From Candidatus Doudnabacteria bacterium (GTDB lineage Bacteria; Patescibacteriota; Doudnabacteria; UBA920): a DNA stretch of 48,936 nucleotides. Position numbers and translations under genes: made by a program. Positions 27,329 to 38,300 of the stretch are shown one piece after another. The stretch is taken from the NCBI GenBank assembly GCA_903908535.1, contig CAIVSE010000077.1:1-48936 (forward strand), written 5' to 3'. Numbering within the stretch: the stretch's first letter is position 1; each line of letters begins with the position of its first letter. Below the pieces are notes generated by a model. That model saw only the letters and a program-made list of their open reading frames with translations. It made no database searches and was not told the DNA's origin.

Positions 27329-27639
27329 GGCGCATCGCAACAGTTCCAGTCAGAGCCTCATGATTAACCTTCCGCTGCAGCAGAAGGTTAACCGCCTTTG
27401 GACATCTAACTTTTCCTATCACTAGCTCCGGGGTCAATCCACCTTCGCTCCTTTTGGGAGCTTCGGCGGACTTTGCGGACAAATCCGCTTGCGCGGGTGG
27501 TAAGGTAATCGCAGGCTTCGGAAGGGCCGAGCCTGTCGCTTCCTCAGAACCATCTGGGTTCCCGATAACTCCAGTCTGATTCCTCCCCAGGGCCCGCCAA
27601 ATCGGGATATGGCGGGCTTTAGGGAAAAATCAGGCATTA

Positions 27640-27748
27640 ATTTCAGCGGCAGGTTAGTGGGTTTGGGCTCGCCCTATTTCCCGACTTGTCGGGAAGCAAT
27701 AATGCGATAAGTGGACGGCTTAAGGCCGGTTAACCCGCCGGCTGAAAT
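27640..27748 (-). ncRNA. Y-RNA-like unit 3
   Basis: AUUUCAGC-C-GGCGGGUUA...UAACCUGCC-GCUGAAAU: long terminal stem with a single bulged C. Confidence 0.55.
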
Positions 27749-27805
27749 GTAATGTTATAAGTTTTTGACAAAATGCTTTTTTATTTGTTTAAGCTTACAA
27801 AAGGG

Positions 27806-27834
27806 ATGTTAGCAAATTCTATAAATTTTGTCAA
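27806..27834 (-). promoter_or_regulatory. sigma70 promoter for the RNA array and rsr
   Basis: TTGACA-17 bp-TAACAT with TG extended -10. Confidence 0.7.
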
Positions 27835-28013
27835 GGGGTATTGACATAAAATATAGTCAAAACAATACTTTTACTATTAAATAAGCCATAAAATCTTATC
27901 AAAAACTGTTTAAAAATGATGGCAAAACAAGAAAATTTAAATGCAAAATATTAAAAATTATCTTAAAATAAATTTGTATCTACTACTTCATTCTGTATAA
28001 ATGTTTGCCGCTA

Positions 28014-28042
28014 TTGACAAAATAGTTAGGTTGTGATATTAT
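28014..28042 (+). promoter_or_regulatory. sigma70 promoter
   Basis: TTGACA-17 bp-TATTAT with TG extended -10. Confidence 0.75.
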
Positions 28043-28048
28043 TTGTTT

Positions 28049-28516
28049 ACGACCGAAATGTCGGAATTCTATGTAGCGGAGGTGAAGGATGGGACACTAG
28101 GCGGAGAAAGGCCCCGATTACCCCGAAGGTTCGGGAGGGGCCGAGTACCTTACTAGAGAACATCTGGAACCTAAAAATAAAAAAGAAAAGGAGGCTTATG
28201 GAAAACAATGGGCGGTTAGAACGTATAGTCTCCTGACGACTGTTGGGGTCGAGGGAGCAAAAAAATCGCAGACTGAGATGGGAAGTGGTTCTGCCGGTCA
28301 CAAAACTTTGTAACGACAAACTCGGCAAGATCACATAGCCCCATGTCGCGGCAATCTACTTACTCGGAATAAGCCGGGAGTCCGAACGCCGCAGTTCCAC
28401 TATTGTTGTCCAATCGCTGCCCGCGGCCCAACCGCTTAGGCAGCAAAAAAGAGGCTAACAAGCCAGACGAAGCCCGGGGCACGCATCTAAACAGATGGTC
28501 CCCGGGTATTTTTTTT
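28049..28516 (+). ncRNA. Unidentified ~470-nt structured RNA
   Basis: Promoter upstream, many GC hairpins, terminator CCCGGGG...CCCCGGG plus T-run at 28473-28516, no convincing long ORF. Confidence 0.5.
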
Positions 28517-28557
28517 AAAGTTGATTATCACCTATTAATATAGTATTATTAACATAT

Positions 28558-29334
28558 ATGAACTTAACCAAAGAACTCCAAAATATCGGCCTGACCGACA
28601 AAGAAGCCAAAGTATATTTGGCCGCCTTGGAATTGGGCCAGGACAGCGTTCAAAATATTGCCAAAAAATCCGGCGTTAACCGCGCCACTACTTACGTTAT
28701 TTTAAATTCCCTTATCCAAAAAGGTTTGTGTAGCACTTACGAACAGGATAAAAAAACCCATTACATTGCTTCCGACCCCGGCCAACTGGAAGGTATTTTT
28801 GAAATTCAAAAAAAGGAACTGGAAGAAAAGCAAAAATATTTAAAAACCATTGTCTCCCAATTGCAGTTAATCAACAATAAGCAGACTAACAAGCCGGTGG
28901 TAAAATTTTATGAAGGCAAGCAGGGTTTGATTAATTGTTTTATGGAGTTTACTACTTCCGGTAATTTAGACCCTAAGGCTGATAATTTTCGTTTAGTTTT
29001 TTCTAAGGACAAACTTGATAATTTGTTTACGGAAGAAGACCGCAAAAAATTTGTAAACGTTCGTTTAACCAAACAGGCTAAGAGCAAAGCATTGTATAAT
29101 TCTAAAAATGTTACTATGACCGATACGCCGGAAAGTTCCCGCATTAAAGTTTCAGAGGAGCAGTCCCCTTTCCCTTGCGACATTGGCGTGTTTGGCGATA
29201 ATGTTCGAATACTATCGGAAGGTAAAAAACTTTCGGGTATATTAATCACCGACAAAGATGTTGCTACGACCATGCGTTCGTTGTTCGATTTGGCATGGGA
29301 AGCGGCGCAAGCGAGAGCAAAAAAAGAAAAATAG
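28558..29334 (+). CDS. TrmB-family transcriptional regulator
   Basis: GLTDKEAKVYLAALELG, IAKKSGVNRATTY, VKFYEG. Confidence 0.92.
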   Translation: MNLTKELQNIGLTDKEAKVYLAALELGQDSVQNIAKKSGVNRATTYVILNSLIQKGLCSTYEQDKKTHYIASDPGQLEGIFEIQKKELEEKQKYLKTIVSQLQLINNKQTNKPVVKFYEGKQGLINCFMEFTTSGNLDPKADNFRLVFSKDKLDNLFTEEDRKKFVNVRLTKQAKSKALYNSKNVTMTDTPESSRIKVSEEQSPFPCDIGVFGDNVRILSEGKKLSGILITDKDVATTMRSLFDLAWEAAQARAKKEK

Positions 29335-29376
29335 CCATGGGCTGGTTTTGTGTTAGAATATAATTAGCTGGCCCAT

Positions 29377-30432
29377 ATGGAAATTGGCTTTCAAAAAATT
29401 TTGGATGAATATCACAAACTGACCGAAGAAATGTCTTCTGGCGGCGGTTTTGATATGGCTAAGTTGGGCAAACGGCAGGCCGAGTTATTGCCGGTGGTGG
29501 AAAAAATCCAAAGGCTGGAAAGTTCGGAAAAGCAATTAGCGGAAAATAAACAGATGCTTAACGATCCCGACGCGGAAATTAAGTCCATGGCCCTGGATGA
29601 GGGCCGGCGTTTGGAGGCGGAGATTCTGGAATTACAATCGGCTATAGAAGAAATGCTCCTGCCTAAAGACGCGCATGACGTCAACGACGCCATTGTGGAA
29701 ATCCGCGCCGGCGCCGGCGGCGATGAATCCACGCTTTTTGCGGCCGAACTGTTCCGAGCTTATGGCAAGTACGCGGAAAGTTTAAATTGCAAAATTCACA
29801 TTAATTCCACTTCCAAGAGCGATGCCGGCGGTTATAAAGAAATTGTTTTTGAAATTTACGGTAAAGCCCCCTACTCCGTGTTTAAATATGAAAGCGGCGT
29901 GCACCGCGTGCAGCGAGTACCGGAAACAGAAAAATCCGGCCGGGTGCACACTTCCACCATTACGGTGGCGGTTTTACCTAAGCTGGAAGAAAAGGATTAT
30001 ACTATAAATCCAAACGACCTAAAAATTGAAGCCACTACTTCTTCCGGACACGGCGGACAGAGCGTTAACACTACTTATTCGGCAGTGCGTATTTTACATA
30101 TTCCAACGGGTATTACCGCCCAGTGCCAGGACGAGCGCAGTTTTATGCAGAATAAGGAAAAGGCCATGGATGTTATCCGCGCCCGCGTGGCAGCTTATTA
30201 TGAGGAAATAGAAAACAAAAAAGTGCGCGATTTAACCAAGAGCCAAATTGGCACCGGCGACCGCAGTGAAAAAATCCGCACCTACAACTTTCCACAGGAC
30301 CGCGTAACCGACCATCGCATTAACCAAAATTTTAACCAGATAAACTTAATAATGGAAGGTAAGTTTGCGGACATTACCCTGGCTTTGCAGAAGGCAGACT
30401 TGCAGGCTAAAAAGGAAGCGTTAAAAAAGTAA
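29377..30432 (+). CDS. prfA: Peptide chain release factor 1
   Basis: [13 protein letters not shown] (PxT), [13 protein letters not shown]. Confidence 0.97.
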   Translation: MEIGFQKILDEYHKLTEEMSSGGGFDMAKLGKRQAELLPVVEKIQRLESSEKQLAENKQMLNDPDAEIKSMALDEGRRLEAEILELQSAIEEMLLPKDAHDVNDAIVEIRAGAGGDESTLFAAELFRAYGKYAESLNCKIHINSTSKSDAGGYKEIVFEIYGKAPYSVFKYESGVHRVQRVPETEKSGRVHTSTITVAVLPKLEEKDYTINPNDLKIEATTSSGHGGQSVNTTYSAVRILHIPTGITAQCQDERSFMQNKEKAMDVIRARVAAYYEEIENKKVRDLTKSQIGTGDRSEKIRTYNFPQDRVTDHRINQNFNQINLIMEGKFADITLALQKADLQAKKEALKK

Positions 30433-31241
30433 TGACCATTGCTGAAGCGTCTAAAAAATATCATAAAATAGAACTAGAACTCCTTTTGGCCCATGTACTA
30501 CAAAAACCAAAGGAGTTTGTTTTTTTGCATGAGGAAACAAAATTGATCATCAAGCAGCAACGAGAAGTGGAGAAATTAGCCAAACTCCGCTTACAGGGGC
30601 GCCCTGTGGCTTACATTTTAGGTTACAAAGATTTTTACGGTCTGCGTTTTAAAGTCAACAGAAACGTGCTAATTCCGCGCCCGGAAACTGAATGGTTGGT
30701 TGATCGCGCCATGACAAGGGCGGCCCTTGGAAAGGCAAAAATCCTCGATATTGGCACAGGCAGCGGCGCAATTGCTGTTAGTTTAGCCAAAGAGCTGCGC
30801 TCAAGGGCGGCCCTTGAAGCCTCGGACATCTCGCAAAAAGCCTTGATGGTTGCCAAGCAGAACGCTAAAAACCATAAAGTTAAAATTAAATTTCATCATT
30901 CCAACCTTTTTTCTAACATTACAGGAAAATTTGATATTATTATCGCCAACTTACCCTATGTATCGACGGCTGATTATCGGAAGCTTCGGAGTGGCTTGCG
31001 CTTTGAGCCAAGGGGCGCCCTTGTAGCCAAGGATAACTTCGAAATTTACCAGGATTTCCTAAAAAAGCTTCCGGATTATACGTCTAGGGGCGCCCTTGTG
31101 TTGCTGGAAATGGACCCTAAAACCAAAAAATATTTGCAAATTTGGCAAAAAAAATATCTCCCAACATGGAAGATAAGTTTTTACAAAGATTTTAACAATT
31201 TGTGGCGCTACGCGGAACTCACTCGGTCAGCCGCTCTATAA
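30432..31241 (+). CDS. prmC: Release factor glutamine methyltransferase
   Basis: LIPRPETE, DIGTGSG, NLPY. Confidence 0.95.
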   Translation: MTIAEASKKYHKIELELLLAHVLQKPKEFVFLHEETKLIIKQQREVEKLAKLRLQGRPVAYILGYKDFYGLRFKVNRNVLIPRPETEWLVDRAMTRAALGKAKILDIGTGSGAIAVSLAKELRSRAALEASDISQKALMVAKQNAKNHKVKIKFHHSNLFSNITGKFDIIIANLPYVSTADYRKLRSGLRFEPRGALVAKDNFEIYQDFLKKLPDYTSRGALVLLEMDPKTKKYLQIWQKKYLPTWKISFYKDFNNLWRYAELTRSAAL

Positions 31242-32103
31242 ATTTGTCCAAAGGCTCGCCCGGGCTGACGCGCACCCGGGGCAATTCCATTAAATCATTG
31301 AGGTTGACCCAGGCTGTGTCATGCACAGTCATGCCCATTACAAAACTCAGGTTTTTGGCCTGCGCCAAATAGTCGGCGTTGTAGTGGCCATAAGGGTACA
31401 TTAGGTAGGGTTCAGCCGCGCCCAAATGGTTCTGCAGGGCCTGCTGGCAGCTGCTTAAATTTTGGTAGATGTAAGCGGTATCATATTTGGGGTTTGAGCC
31501 GTCAAAATGGTTTTCGGTGTGGCAGATAATTTCCATACCCTGCCGTTTGGCGGCCGCAATTTGGCCCCAGTCGGCGTAAGTATTGGTGCCGCTGGTCGTG
31601 CCGGGGAAATGGGTGATAATCCCGAACAAGCCGGTGTAGCCGTATTGCCGCAAAATGGGGGTGCCGTTAGTAAAAGCGTCATCATAGCCGTCATCAAAGG
31701 TAAAGATGACCGGCTTTTTCGGCATGGTAAAGCGTTTTTGGGTGTAGAGGTAAAGGTCGTTGAGGGAAATGGAAGTATATCCCTGGGATTTCAGCCAGGA
31801 AACTTGTTGCGCGAATTCCTGCGGGCTCACAGTCAACCCAATACGGATGGAATCTACCGTACCCGTGGGAACGTAGCCAATATGGTGGTACATTAAAATT
31901 GGCAGGTCCATACTGGTGGAGGTGGCGCGGGGCAAAGGGGCGAAGTCTTGGGCTGTGGGCCGCATCTGGATTTGCGGCGCCGAGCTTATCACCGCCTGGA
32001 CGTTTTTAATTTTGTCCGAACGTGCAAATAGAACCAGGGCCACGGCTCCGCCGGCTATAATCAACCCAACAACCGCAAATAATAAAGCCTTGTTTAATTT
32101 CAT
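31219..32103 (-). CDS. Polysaccharide deacetylase (CE4), membrane-anchored
   Basis: PILMYHH, TFDDGY, HTENH, YPYG; start refined to MKLNK. Confidence 0.92.
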   Translation of the reverse strand: MKLNKALLFAVVGLIIAGGAVALVLFARSDKIKNVQAVISSAPQIQMRPTAQDFAPLPRATSTSMDLPILMYHHIGYVPTGTVDSIRIGLTVSPQEFAQQVSWLKSQGYTSISLNDLYLYTQKRFTMPKKPVIFTFDDGYDDAFTNGTPILRQYGYTGLFGIITHFPGTTSGTNTYADWGQIAAAKRQGMEIICHTENHFDGSNPKYDTAYIYQNLSSCQQALQNHLGAAEPYLMYPYGHYNADYLAQAKNLSFVMGMTVHDTAWVNLNDLMELPRVRVSPGEPLDKFIERLTE

Positions 32104-32152
32104 GATAACAAAAATCCCCCGCTCCATAAGAAAGCCGGGGGATTTAAAATAA

Positions 32153-32839
32153 TTATTTTTTCTTCTCTTCCGCCGGCTTTTCGCCTTCCGGAGCCGCGCC
32201 AGCTTCTGCAGGTTTAGTTTCAGCCGCGCCTTCCACAGCGGAAACATCTTCCACCACCGGCTGGGCCAGTTCGGCTTCCACGTCGCGCGGCGGCTGGACT
32301 TTAATAACCAGTTCATCACCCGGCGTTAACACAGTAACTTTTGCCGGGACTTTTAAGTCTTTAACAAAAATTTCATCCTGTAAAGTTTTTAAACCGGCAA
32401 TATCAATTATAATATTGTGCGGCAGGTCGGCCGGTAAACATTCCACTTCAACTTCGTTTAAAACTTTTACCAAAACTCCGCCCAAAGTTTTTACGGCGGC
32501 CGATTCGCCCGTGAATTCCAAAGCTACACCGGCAGTAAGTTTTTCAGTCATGCTGACTTCATAAAAGTCCACGTGTTCGGGGGTGGATTGTAAATAATGG
32601 GCCTGAACGTCATGGATTAAAACCGGATGGGTTTTGCCGTCAGCTGTCTGTAAATCTATAATTGTGCTTTCACCCGCCTTTTTAAAAACTCTTTCGAATT
32701 CTCCGAAGTTTACGCTTAAATTTTGGTTTTCCACTTTGTGGCCATATAAAACAGCCGGAATTAAGCCCATTTTTCGGATCTTTTTAGGCGTCTGCGTCTT
32801 AATATCGCGCGCTTCCGCCTTTAGCTGAATTTTATCCAT
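32153..32839 (-). CDS. rplY: 50S ribosomal protein L25/Ctc
   Basis: IPAVLYG, HVDFYEV, ECLPADLP. Confidence 0.96.
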   Translation of the reverse strand: MDKIQLKAEARDIKTQTPKKIRKMGLIPAVLYGHKVENQNLSVNFGEFERVFKKAGESTIIDLQTADGKTHPVLIHDVQAHYLQSTPEHVDFYEVSMTEKLTAGVALEFTGESAAVKTLGGVLVKVLNEVEVECLPADLPHNIIIDIAGLKTLQDEIFVKDLKVPAKVTVLTPGDELVIKVQPPRDVEAELAQPVVEDVSAVEGAAETKPAEAGAAPEGEKPAEEKKK

Positions 32840-32918
32840 ACAGTTCCTTGTGTTCTACCCATCTCCCGTATAGGGATACTCATAGAATGTTAATGTGTCG
32901 GAATTTTAACACAAAAGG

Positions 32919-33284
32919 TTAAACTTGTCCAGCTATTGTGCCCACAAAATCTCCCTGGAATTCCTGTAAAGTAAGATGTAAATTAATAAGTTCATCGGTG
33001 GAAATACGGGAAAAATCCTTGAACTTCATGGAATCGGCGGAAGTTAAGTCCGTGACCATTCCCACGCTGTAAACCTGCGGGCCGCGGATTTCTACATTAA
33101 ACATCACCGAACTTTTGCATTTGGCGCAGTCGGAATGGATTAGTATGCGCGCCTCGTTAAAAGGCATATGCTGCTGGCTGGAAATAACCCTGGTCTGTTC
33201 CACCAGATATTTAGTCGAACATATGGGGCATTTAAGCATGGCCTCCAGCCACTGCATAATTTTTTGTAGATCCATATTATTCAT
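32919..33284 (-). CDS. Hypothetical Zn-ribbon protein
   Basis: CPIC...CAKC. Confidence 0.75.
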   Translation of the reverse strand: MNNMDLQKIMQWLEAMLKCPICSTKYLVEQTRVISSQQHMPFNEARILIHSDCAKCKSSVMFNVEIRGPQVYSVGMVTDLTSADSMKFKDFSRISTDELINLHLTLQEFQGDFVGTIAGQV

Positions 33285-33306
33285 ATATTCATTGTATCAT
33301 TTTTTG

Positions 33307-34404
33307 TTAGAATCTCAAAGCCTTGCTCTGCATGGCAATGTTTTGCACGACCCCGAGGCTTATTAATGCCACAATTAAAGATGATCCCCCGGCTGAAACA
33401 AACGGCAAAGGAATGCCGGTCACCGGCAACAGACCAATGTTCATGCCCACATTAATGGCCACGTGGGCGAAAAACATAAAAAATACGCCGGCGGTTATGT
33501 ACATGCCCAGGTCATCGCGCGCCAGTTTGATGATTTTAACCAGCCTGGCCAGCAAAAACAAATACAGGGCCAGCAAAGCTATACTGCCCAAAAAACCAAC
33601 CTCCTCGCTGCTGGCGGAAAAAATAAAATCCGTCTGCTGTTCCGGCAAAAATTTGTTCTGGCTTTGCAGGCCCTTGCCCAGGCCCATACCAAAAACCTGC
33701 CCGCTGCCCACGGCAATAGCCGCCTGCCGCACGTTATAGCCTTTGCCCATGGGGTCCAGTTGGGGATCTAAAAATACCAGCACGCGGTCGCGCTGAAAGG
33801 GCTTGAGAAAAAATTTCCAGCCAATGCCGGTGACCGCGCAGGCCGCCAGTAAAATAACAACCAGGAATTTTTTTTGGATGGGACTGATTAAGATAATACC
33901 TATCCAGATAACCATAATAATAACAGCAGATCCTAAATCCGGTTCCAGTAAAATCAATCCGGCCGGCACGGCCGCGTAGACAAACGACCACAAAATGTTC
34001 CGCCAGCTGTTAATCTCTCCGCGTCTTAAATACAGCAGGCGCGCCAGCCCCAAAATTATGGAAACTTTCATGAATTCCGCGACCTGGAAATTAAACACGC
34101 CGAGGTCAATCCAGCGGCTGCTGCCCTTAATGTGCCGGCCCAGCACGGCCAGGTAAATCAGTAAAATTACAAAAATTACATACAGCAGGCGGTTGCCTTT
34201 GGCCAAAGCGTGGTAATCAAAAAACGAGAAAAATAAAAAACCGGCCAGGCCGGGCAGTAACACCAGCAATTGTCTGGTAAAAATATTGCCGCTGTTGCCT
34301 ACCGTAGTGCTGTAAAGCAGGGCCAGGCCCACCACCACCAACAGGCCGGTGGCGATTTGCAGGGGCGCGTCAAAGTATTTAAATTTATTCAAAAAAGAAA
34401 ACAT
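33307..34404 (-). CDS. rodA: SEDS peptidoglycan polymerase RodA
   Basis: SRWIDLG, FQVAEFMK, EPDLG, FLPEQQTDFIF, PVTGIPLPFVSAGGS. Confidence 0.93.
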   Translation of the reverse strand: MFSFLNKFKYFDAPLQIATGLLVVVGLALLYSTTVGNSGNIFTRQLLVLLPGLAGFLFFSFFDYHALAKGNRLLYVIFVILLIYLAVLGRHIKGSSRWIDLGVFNFQVAEFMKVSIILGLARLLYLRRGEINSWRNILWSFVYAAVPAGLILLEPDLGSAVIIMVIWIGIILISPIQKKFLVVILLAACAVTGIGWKFFLKPFQRDRVLVFLDPQLDPMGKGYNVRQAAIAVGSGQVFGMGLGKGLQSQNKFLPEQQTDFIFSASSEEVGFLGSIALLALYLFLLARLVKIIKLARDDLGMYITAGVFFMFFAHVAINVGMNIGLLPVTGIPLPFVSAGGSSLIVALISLGVVQNIAMQSKALRF

Positions 34405-35261
34405 CAGTGGTTTAAGTCCGAAGCCGGGGTTATGGTGGCTTCCGGCAGAGTAATGTTACTGTTGTCTAAAACGTCTGTTTCCGGGTAAACATTAACTGTG
34501 GTTACGGCCGTGGTATAAACGTTGGGCCATAATTGCACGTAGGCGCGGCGTTCAAACGGCTCAAAAGTAAATTCCGTGCGCGTGCTGGCGGCTATAATTT
34601 TGCCGGCGGCATCCCTTAAAATAAAACCAATATCAACTTCGTTCAGCTGATAGGGGCTGTTGTTGTAAACGGTGCCCTGGACCACAAAGGCCGGCGGGTT
34701 TTGCTGGTTGGAAGCGGCTGGCGTGGAGGCCGACAGCGAGACAGTGGGAATGTTCAAACGTTTTTGCCATGGCAGGTTTTGGGGAAACTGGATTTGCGCG
34801 CCGGTAATAGTTTCCGTGGTCTGGAAGTTAGGTAAAATTAAATATTTGGTTTCGCCCGGAAGCAAATACAGGGTGGCCTGGCTGCTGCCCACCTGCTGGT
34901 TCTGGGCGTTAAAAAGTAGGAAGTCGTAACTAACCTTATCAAGCGACAGCGTCAGGTTTTTGTTGGTAATCTGCGCGGCCACGGAATAAATGCCGGCGCC
35001 GGCTTCAGTAATGTTAATATTGGAAATTTGTGGCGCTTGCGGGTTTTGGAAGGCCGGCATTGCCGCCAGCTCATCTTTGCGGTATCTGCCCAAATCCACA
35101 TGGAGTGCAGTTTCCTTTATCGCTATATAAGCCGGAATAATCATGATAAGGCAAAAAATAAACACGCGTTTTTGCGCCGAACCAAAACCGGATAGAGCTT
35201 TTTTTGTCTGCAACTCGGCTTCAGCCACTTCCAACTCCAATTTTTCTTTTACAAAAGCCAT
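34404..35261 (-). CDS. Single-TM exported hypothetical protein with two Ig-like domains
   Basis: TM helix then repeated beta-rich segments (ITNKN / VYNNS). Confidence 0.7.
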   Translation of the reverse strand: MAFVKEKLELEVAEAELQTKKALSGFGSAQKRVFIFCLIMIIPAYIAIKETALHVDLGRYRKDELAAMPAFQNPQAPQISNINITEAGAGIYSVAAQITNKNLTLSLDKVSYDFLLFNAQNQQVGSSQATLYLLPGETKYLILPNFQTTETITGAQIQFPQNLPWQKRLNIPTVSLSASTPAASNQQNPPAFVVQGTVYNNSPYQLNEVDIGFILRDAAGKIIAASTRTEFTFEPFERRAYVQLWPNVYTTAVTTVNVYPETDVLDNSNITLPEATITPASDLNH

Positions 35262-35316
35262 AAAATTAAGTTTTCATTTAGCAATAACATTATAGCAAAA
35301 TTGGGGAATTTTTGGT

Positions 35317-38300
35317 ATGATAAATGAAATGCCCTTCACCCATCTCCACTGCCATAGCCATTATTCCCTGCTGGACGGACTGTCTAAAATCGATCCGCTC
35401 ATTGAGCGCGTTAAAGAGCTTAATATGGAAGCCTTGGCCATTACTGACCACGGCGTTATGTACGGCGCCATAGAATTTTACACCCATTGCCGGGAGGCCG
35501 GCATCAAACCAATTATCGGCGTGGAAGCTTACGTGGCGCCGCGCGGTTTAGCGGACCGTGAAGGCAAAGTGGATTCCGACTACCATCATTTAACTCTTTT
35601 GGCCAAAACCTACCAGGGCTATAAAAATTTAATGATGCTGACGACCATTGCGCACCTGGAAGGTTTTTATTATAAACCCAGGATAGATTTGGAGGTTTTA
35701 AAAAAATATTCCAATGGCGTCATTTGCCTCTCCGGCTGCATGCGCGGCGAAATCGCGCGCGCCGTGGTCAATAAGAGCGAGGATGAAGCCCAAAAAGTTT
35801 TGCAAAAGTATGTGGATATTTTTGGGCCGGATAATTTATATATAGAAATTCAGCGTTTGGCCAAGCACGATGACGGCTCGGAAAAATCGCGCAATGAAAA
35901 ATTAATTGCTTTGGCCAAAAAAAACAATTTATCTTTGGCGGCCACGGCCGATTGCCATTATATTTTTCCGGAAGACTCAGAGGCCCAGGATGTGCTGGTT
36001 TGTATTGGTACGGCCAGCAACGTCAACGAAACCGACCGGCTGGATATGCGTGGCTATGATTTGTCTTTAAAATCAGAGCAGCAAATGCGCGAGTTGTTTT
36101 ATGACGTGCCCGAAGCCGTGGAAAACACTCAAAAAATCGCGGATTTATGTAACGTGGAAATTCCCATTGACCAGCGGTACTTCCCAATGGTTCCCATCCC
36201 CGAAGGGCTGACCTCGGAGGAATATCTCAAAAAAATCACCCACGAAAAAGCCGTGCCGCTTTACGGTAAAAACGGGACGGTGCCGCCGGAAATTTTAGAA
36301 CGCATAGATTACGAACTGAATATTATCTGCAAAAAAGGTTTTGACACTTATTTTTTAATGGTGGCGGATTTAGTCCAGGGTGCGCATAATATTGGCGCCA
36401 TTACCAACACTAGGGGCTCTGCTGCCGGCAGCATTGTGGGTAAAATTTTAGGCATCACCAACGTTGACCCGCTGTATTATGAACTGCCGTTTGAACGGTT
36501 TTTGACTATGCACCGTCCCACGCCGCCCGATATCGACCTGGACATTGCCGACAACCGCCGCGACGAAGCCATTGCCTACATTACCGAACGGTACGGCAAA
36601 GACAAAGTCGCGCAAATTATTACTTTTGGGACTATGCAGGCGCGGGCCAGCGTGCGCGACGTCGGCCGGGCTTTGGGTGTGGCTTACAGCAAGTGCGACC
36701 AAATTGCCAAAATGATTCCCTTGGGCAAACAGGGCTTCCAAATGACTTTAGACAAAGCGCTGGATATGAATGCCGAACTAAAGGATATCTACCAGCGCGA
36801 CCCGGACACTAACCGCATCATCAATATTGCCAAAAAACTGGAAGAAAACAAGCGGCACGCCTCGGTGCACGCAGCCGGCATTGTCATCACTCCCACGCCG
36901 CTGACCGACTATATGCCTTTGCAAAGAGAACCGGACGGTGAGCGCGTCATTACCCAGTACGACATGTATTCGCTGGATGTTAACGCCAAAAGCAGCGCCA
37001 TTGGCGTGGTTAAAATGGACCTCTTGGGCATCCGCAACCTTTCTATTTTGGAAACTGCCGTGAATTTGGCCCAGAACCGCCATAAAATAAAAATAGATAT
37101 TTACAATCTCCCCCATCCCGACCCCAAGACCTTCCATTTGCTTTCCGAAGGCCACACGTTTGGCGTGTTCCAGCTGGGTTCATCCGGTATGACCCGTTAC
37201 TTAAAAGAACTTAAAGCATCCACTATTTTTGATATTATGGCCATGATAGCTTTGTACCGTCCGGGTCCCATGCAGTTTATCCCCCAATATATAGAGCGCA
37301 AGCTGAACTCTAAATTAATAAAATATTTTGACCCGGCTTTTGAACGGATTTTAAAGCGGACCTACGGCATTTTGGTTTACCAGGACGATTTATTGACCAT
37401 TGCGCACGATTTGGCCGGCTACAGCTGGGAAGAAGTGGATAAATTCCGCAAGGCCGTGGGCAAGAAGATTCCTGAGGAAATGGCCAAGCAAAAAGTTAAA
37501 TTTATAGACGGCTGCATGAAAACTTCGGGCTGGAACCAGGCCAAGGCCGCGGAAATTTGGGCCTGGATAGAACCCTTTGCCGCCTACGGTTTTAATAAGT
37601 CACACTCCGCTTCTTATGCCGTAGTCAGCTATCAAACCGCTTACATGAAGGCTAACTATCCGGTGGAATTTATGGCCGCGGTTATGACCGCGGAAAGCGG
37701 CGATGAAGATAAAATTTACGCGGCCGTGGAAGAATGCGCGGCCCTGGGCATCAAAGTTTTACCGCCAAATGTTAATGAATCTTTGGGCGACTTTACCGTA
37801 GTCGACGATCATACCATAAGGTTTGGCCTGAACGCCATAAAAAATCTGGGCAGCGACGTTATTGCTAAAATTATTGAAGTCAGGCAAAACGGGGCTTTTA
37901 ACACGCTGGAAGATTTCCTTATCCGCGCCCATACCAAAAATTTAAATAAAAAATCCTGGGAAGCTTTAAGCAAAGCCGGCGCCCTGGATGCTTTTGGCGA
38001 CCGCGGCACGTTATTGGCCAATACCGAAGAGGTTTTGGATTTTACCCGCCAGCATTTTAAAGACGCGGATAATGGGCAAAATTCTTTGTTCGGCAAATCT
38101 TTGCAAATGGGCAAATTGACGTTACGCGAGGTGCCGCCCGCAACCATGAACGAAATGCTTTTGTGGGAAAAAGAAATTTTGGGCTTTTTTGTTTCGGCCA
38201 ACCCGCTGGACAGTCACCGTGAAGTCTTAAAAGGTTTTACCGCTTTTAGAAGTTTACAGCAAAGCGATTTAGGCCGCGCCGTGGTCATGGGCGGCATTAT

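Noticed and set aside
27114-27330. 37-nt repeat pair as a CRISPR array
   Set aside because: Only two imperfect copies 180 nt apart and no cas genes.
27013-28334. Short ORFs in the Ro60 upstream region
   Set aside because: No family features or clear SD; the region is better explained as structured RNA.
28220-28402. tmRNA, RNase P or group I intron identity for the 28049-28516 RNA
   Set aside because: No tRNA-Ala-like acceptor/T-arm, no GAGGAAAGUCC plus ACAGAA pair, and the P7-like segments occur in the wrong order.
32104-32319. N-terminal extension of the deacetylase ORF
   Set aside because: Overlaps the rplY 3' end and its terminator; the TM anchor starts at ATG 32103.
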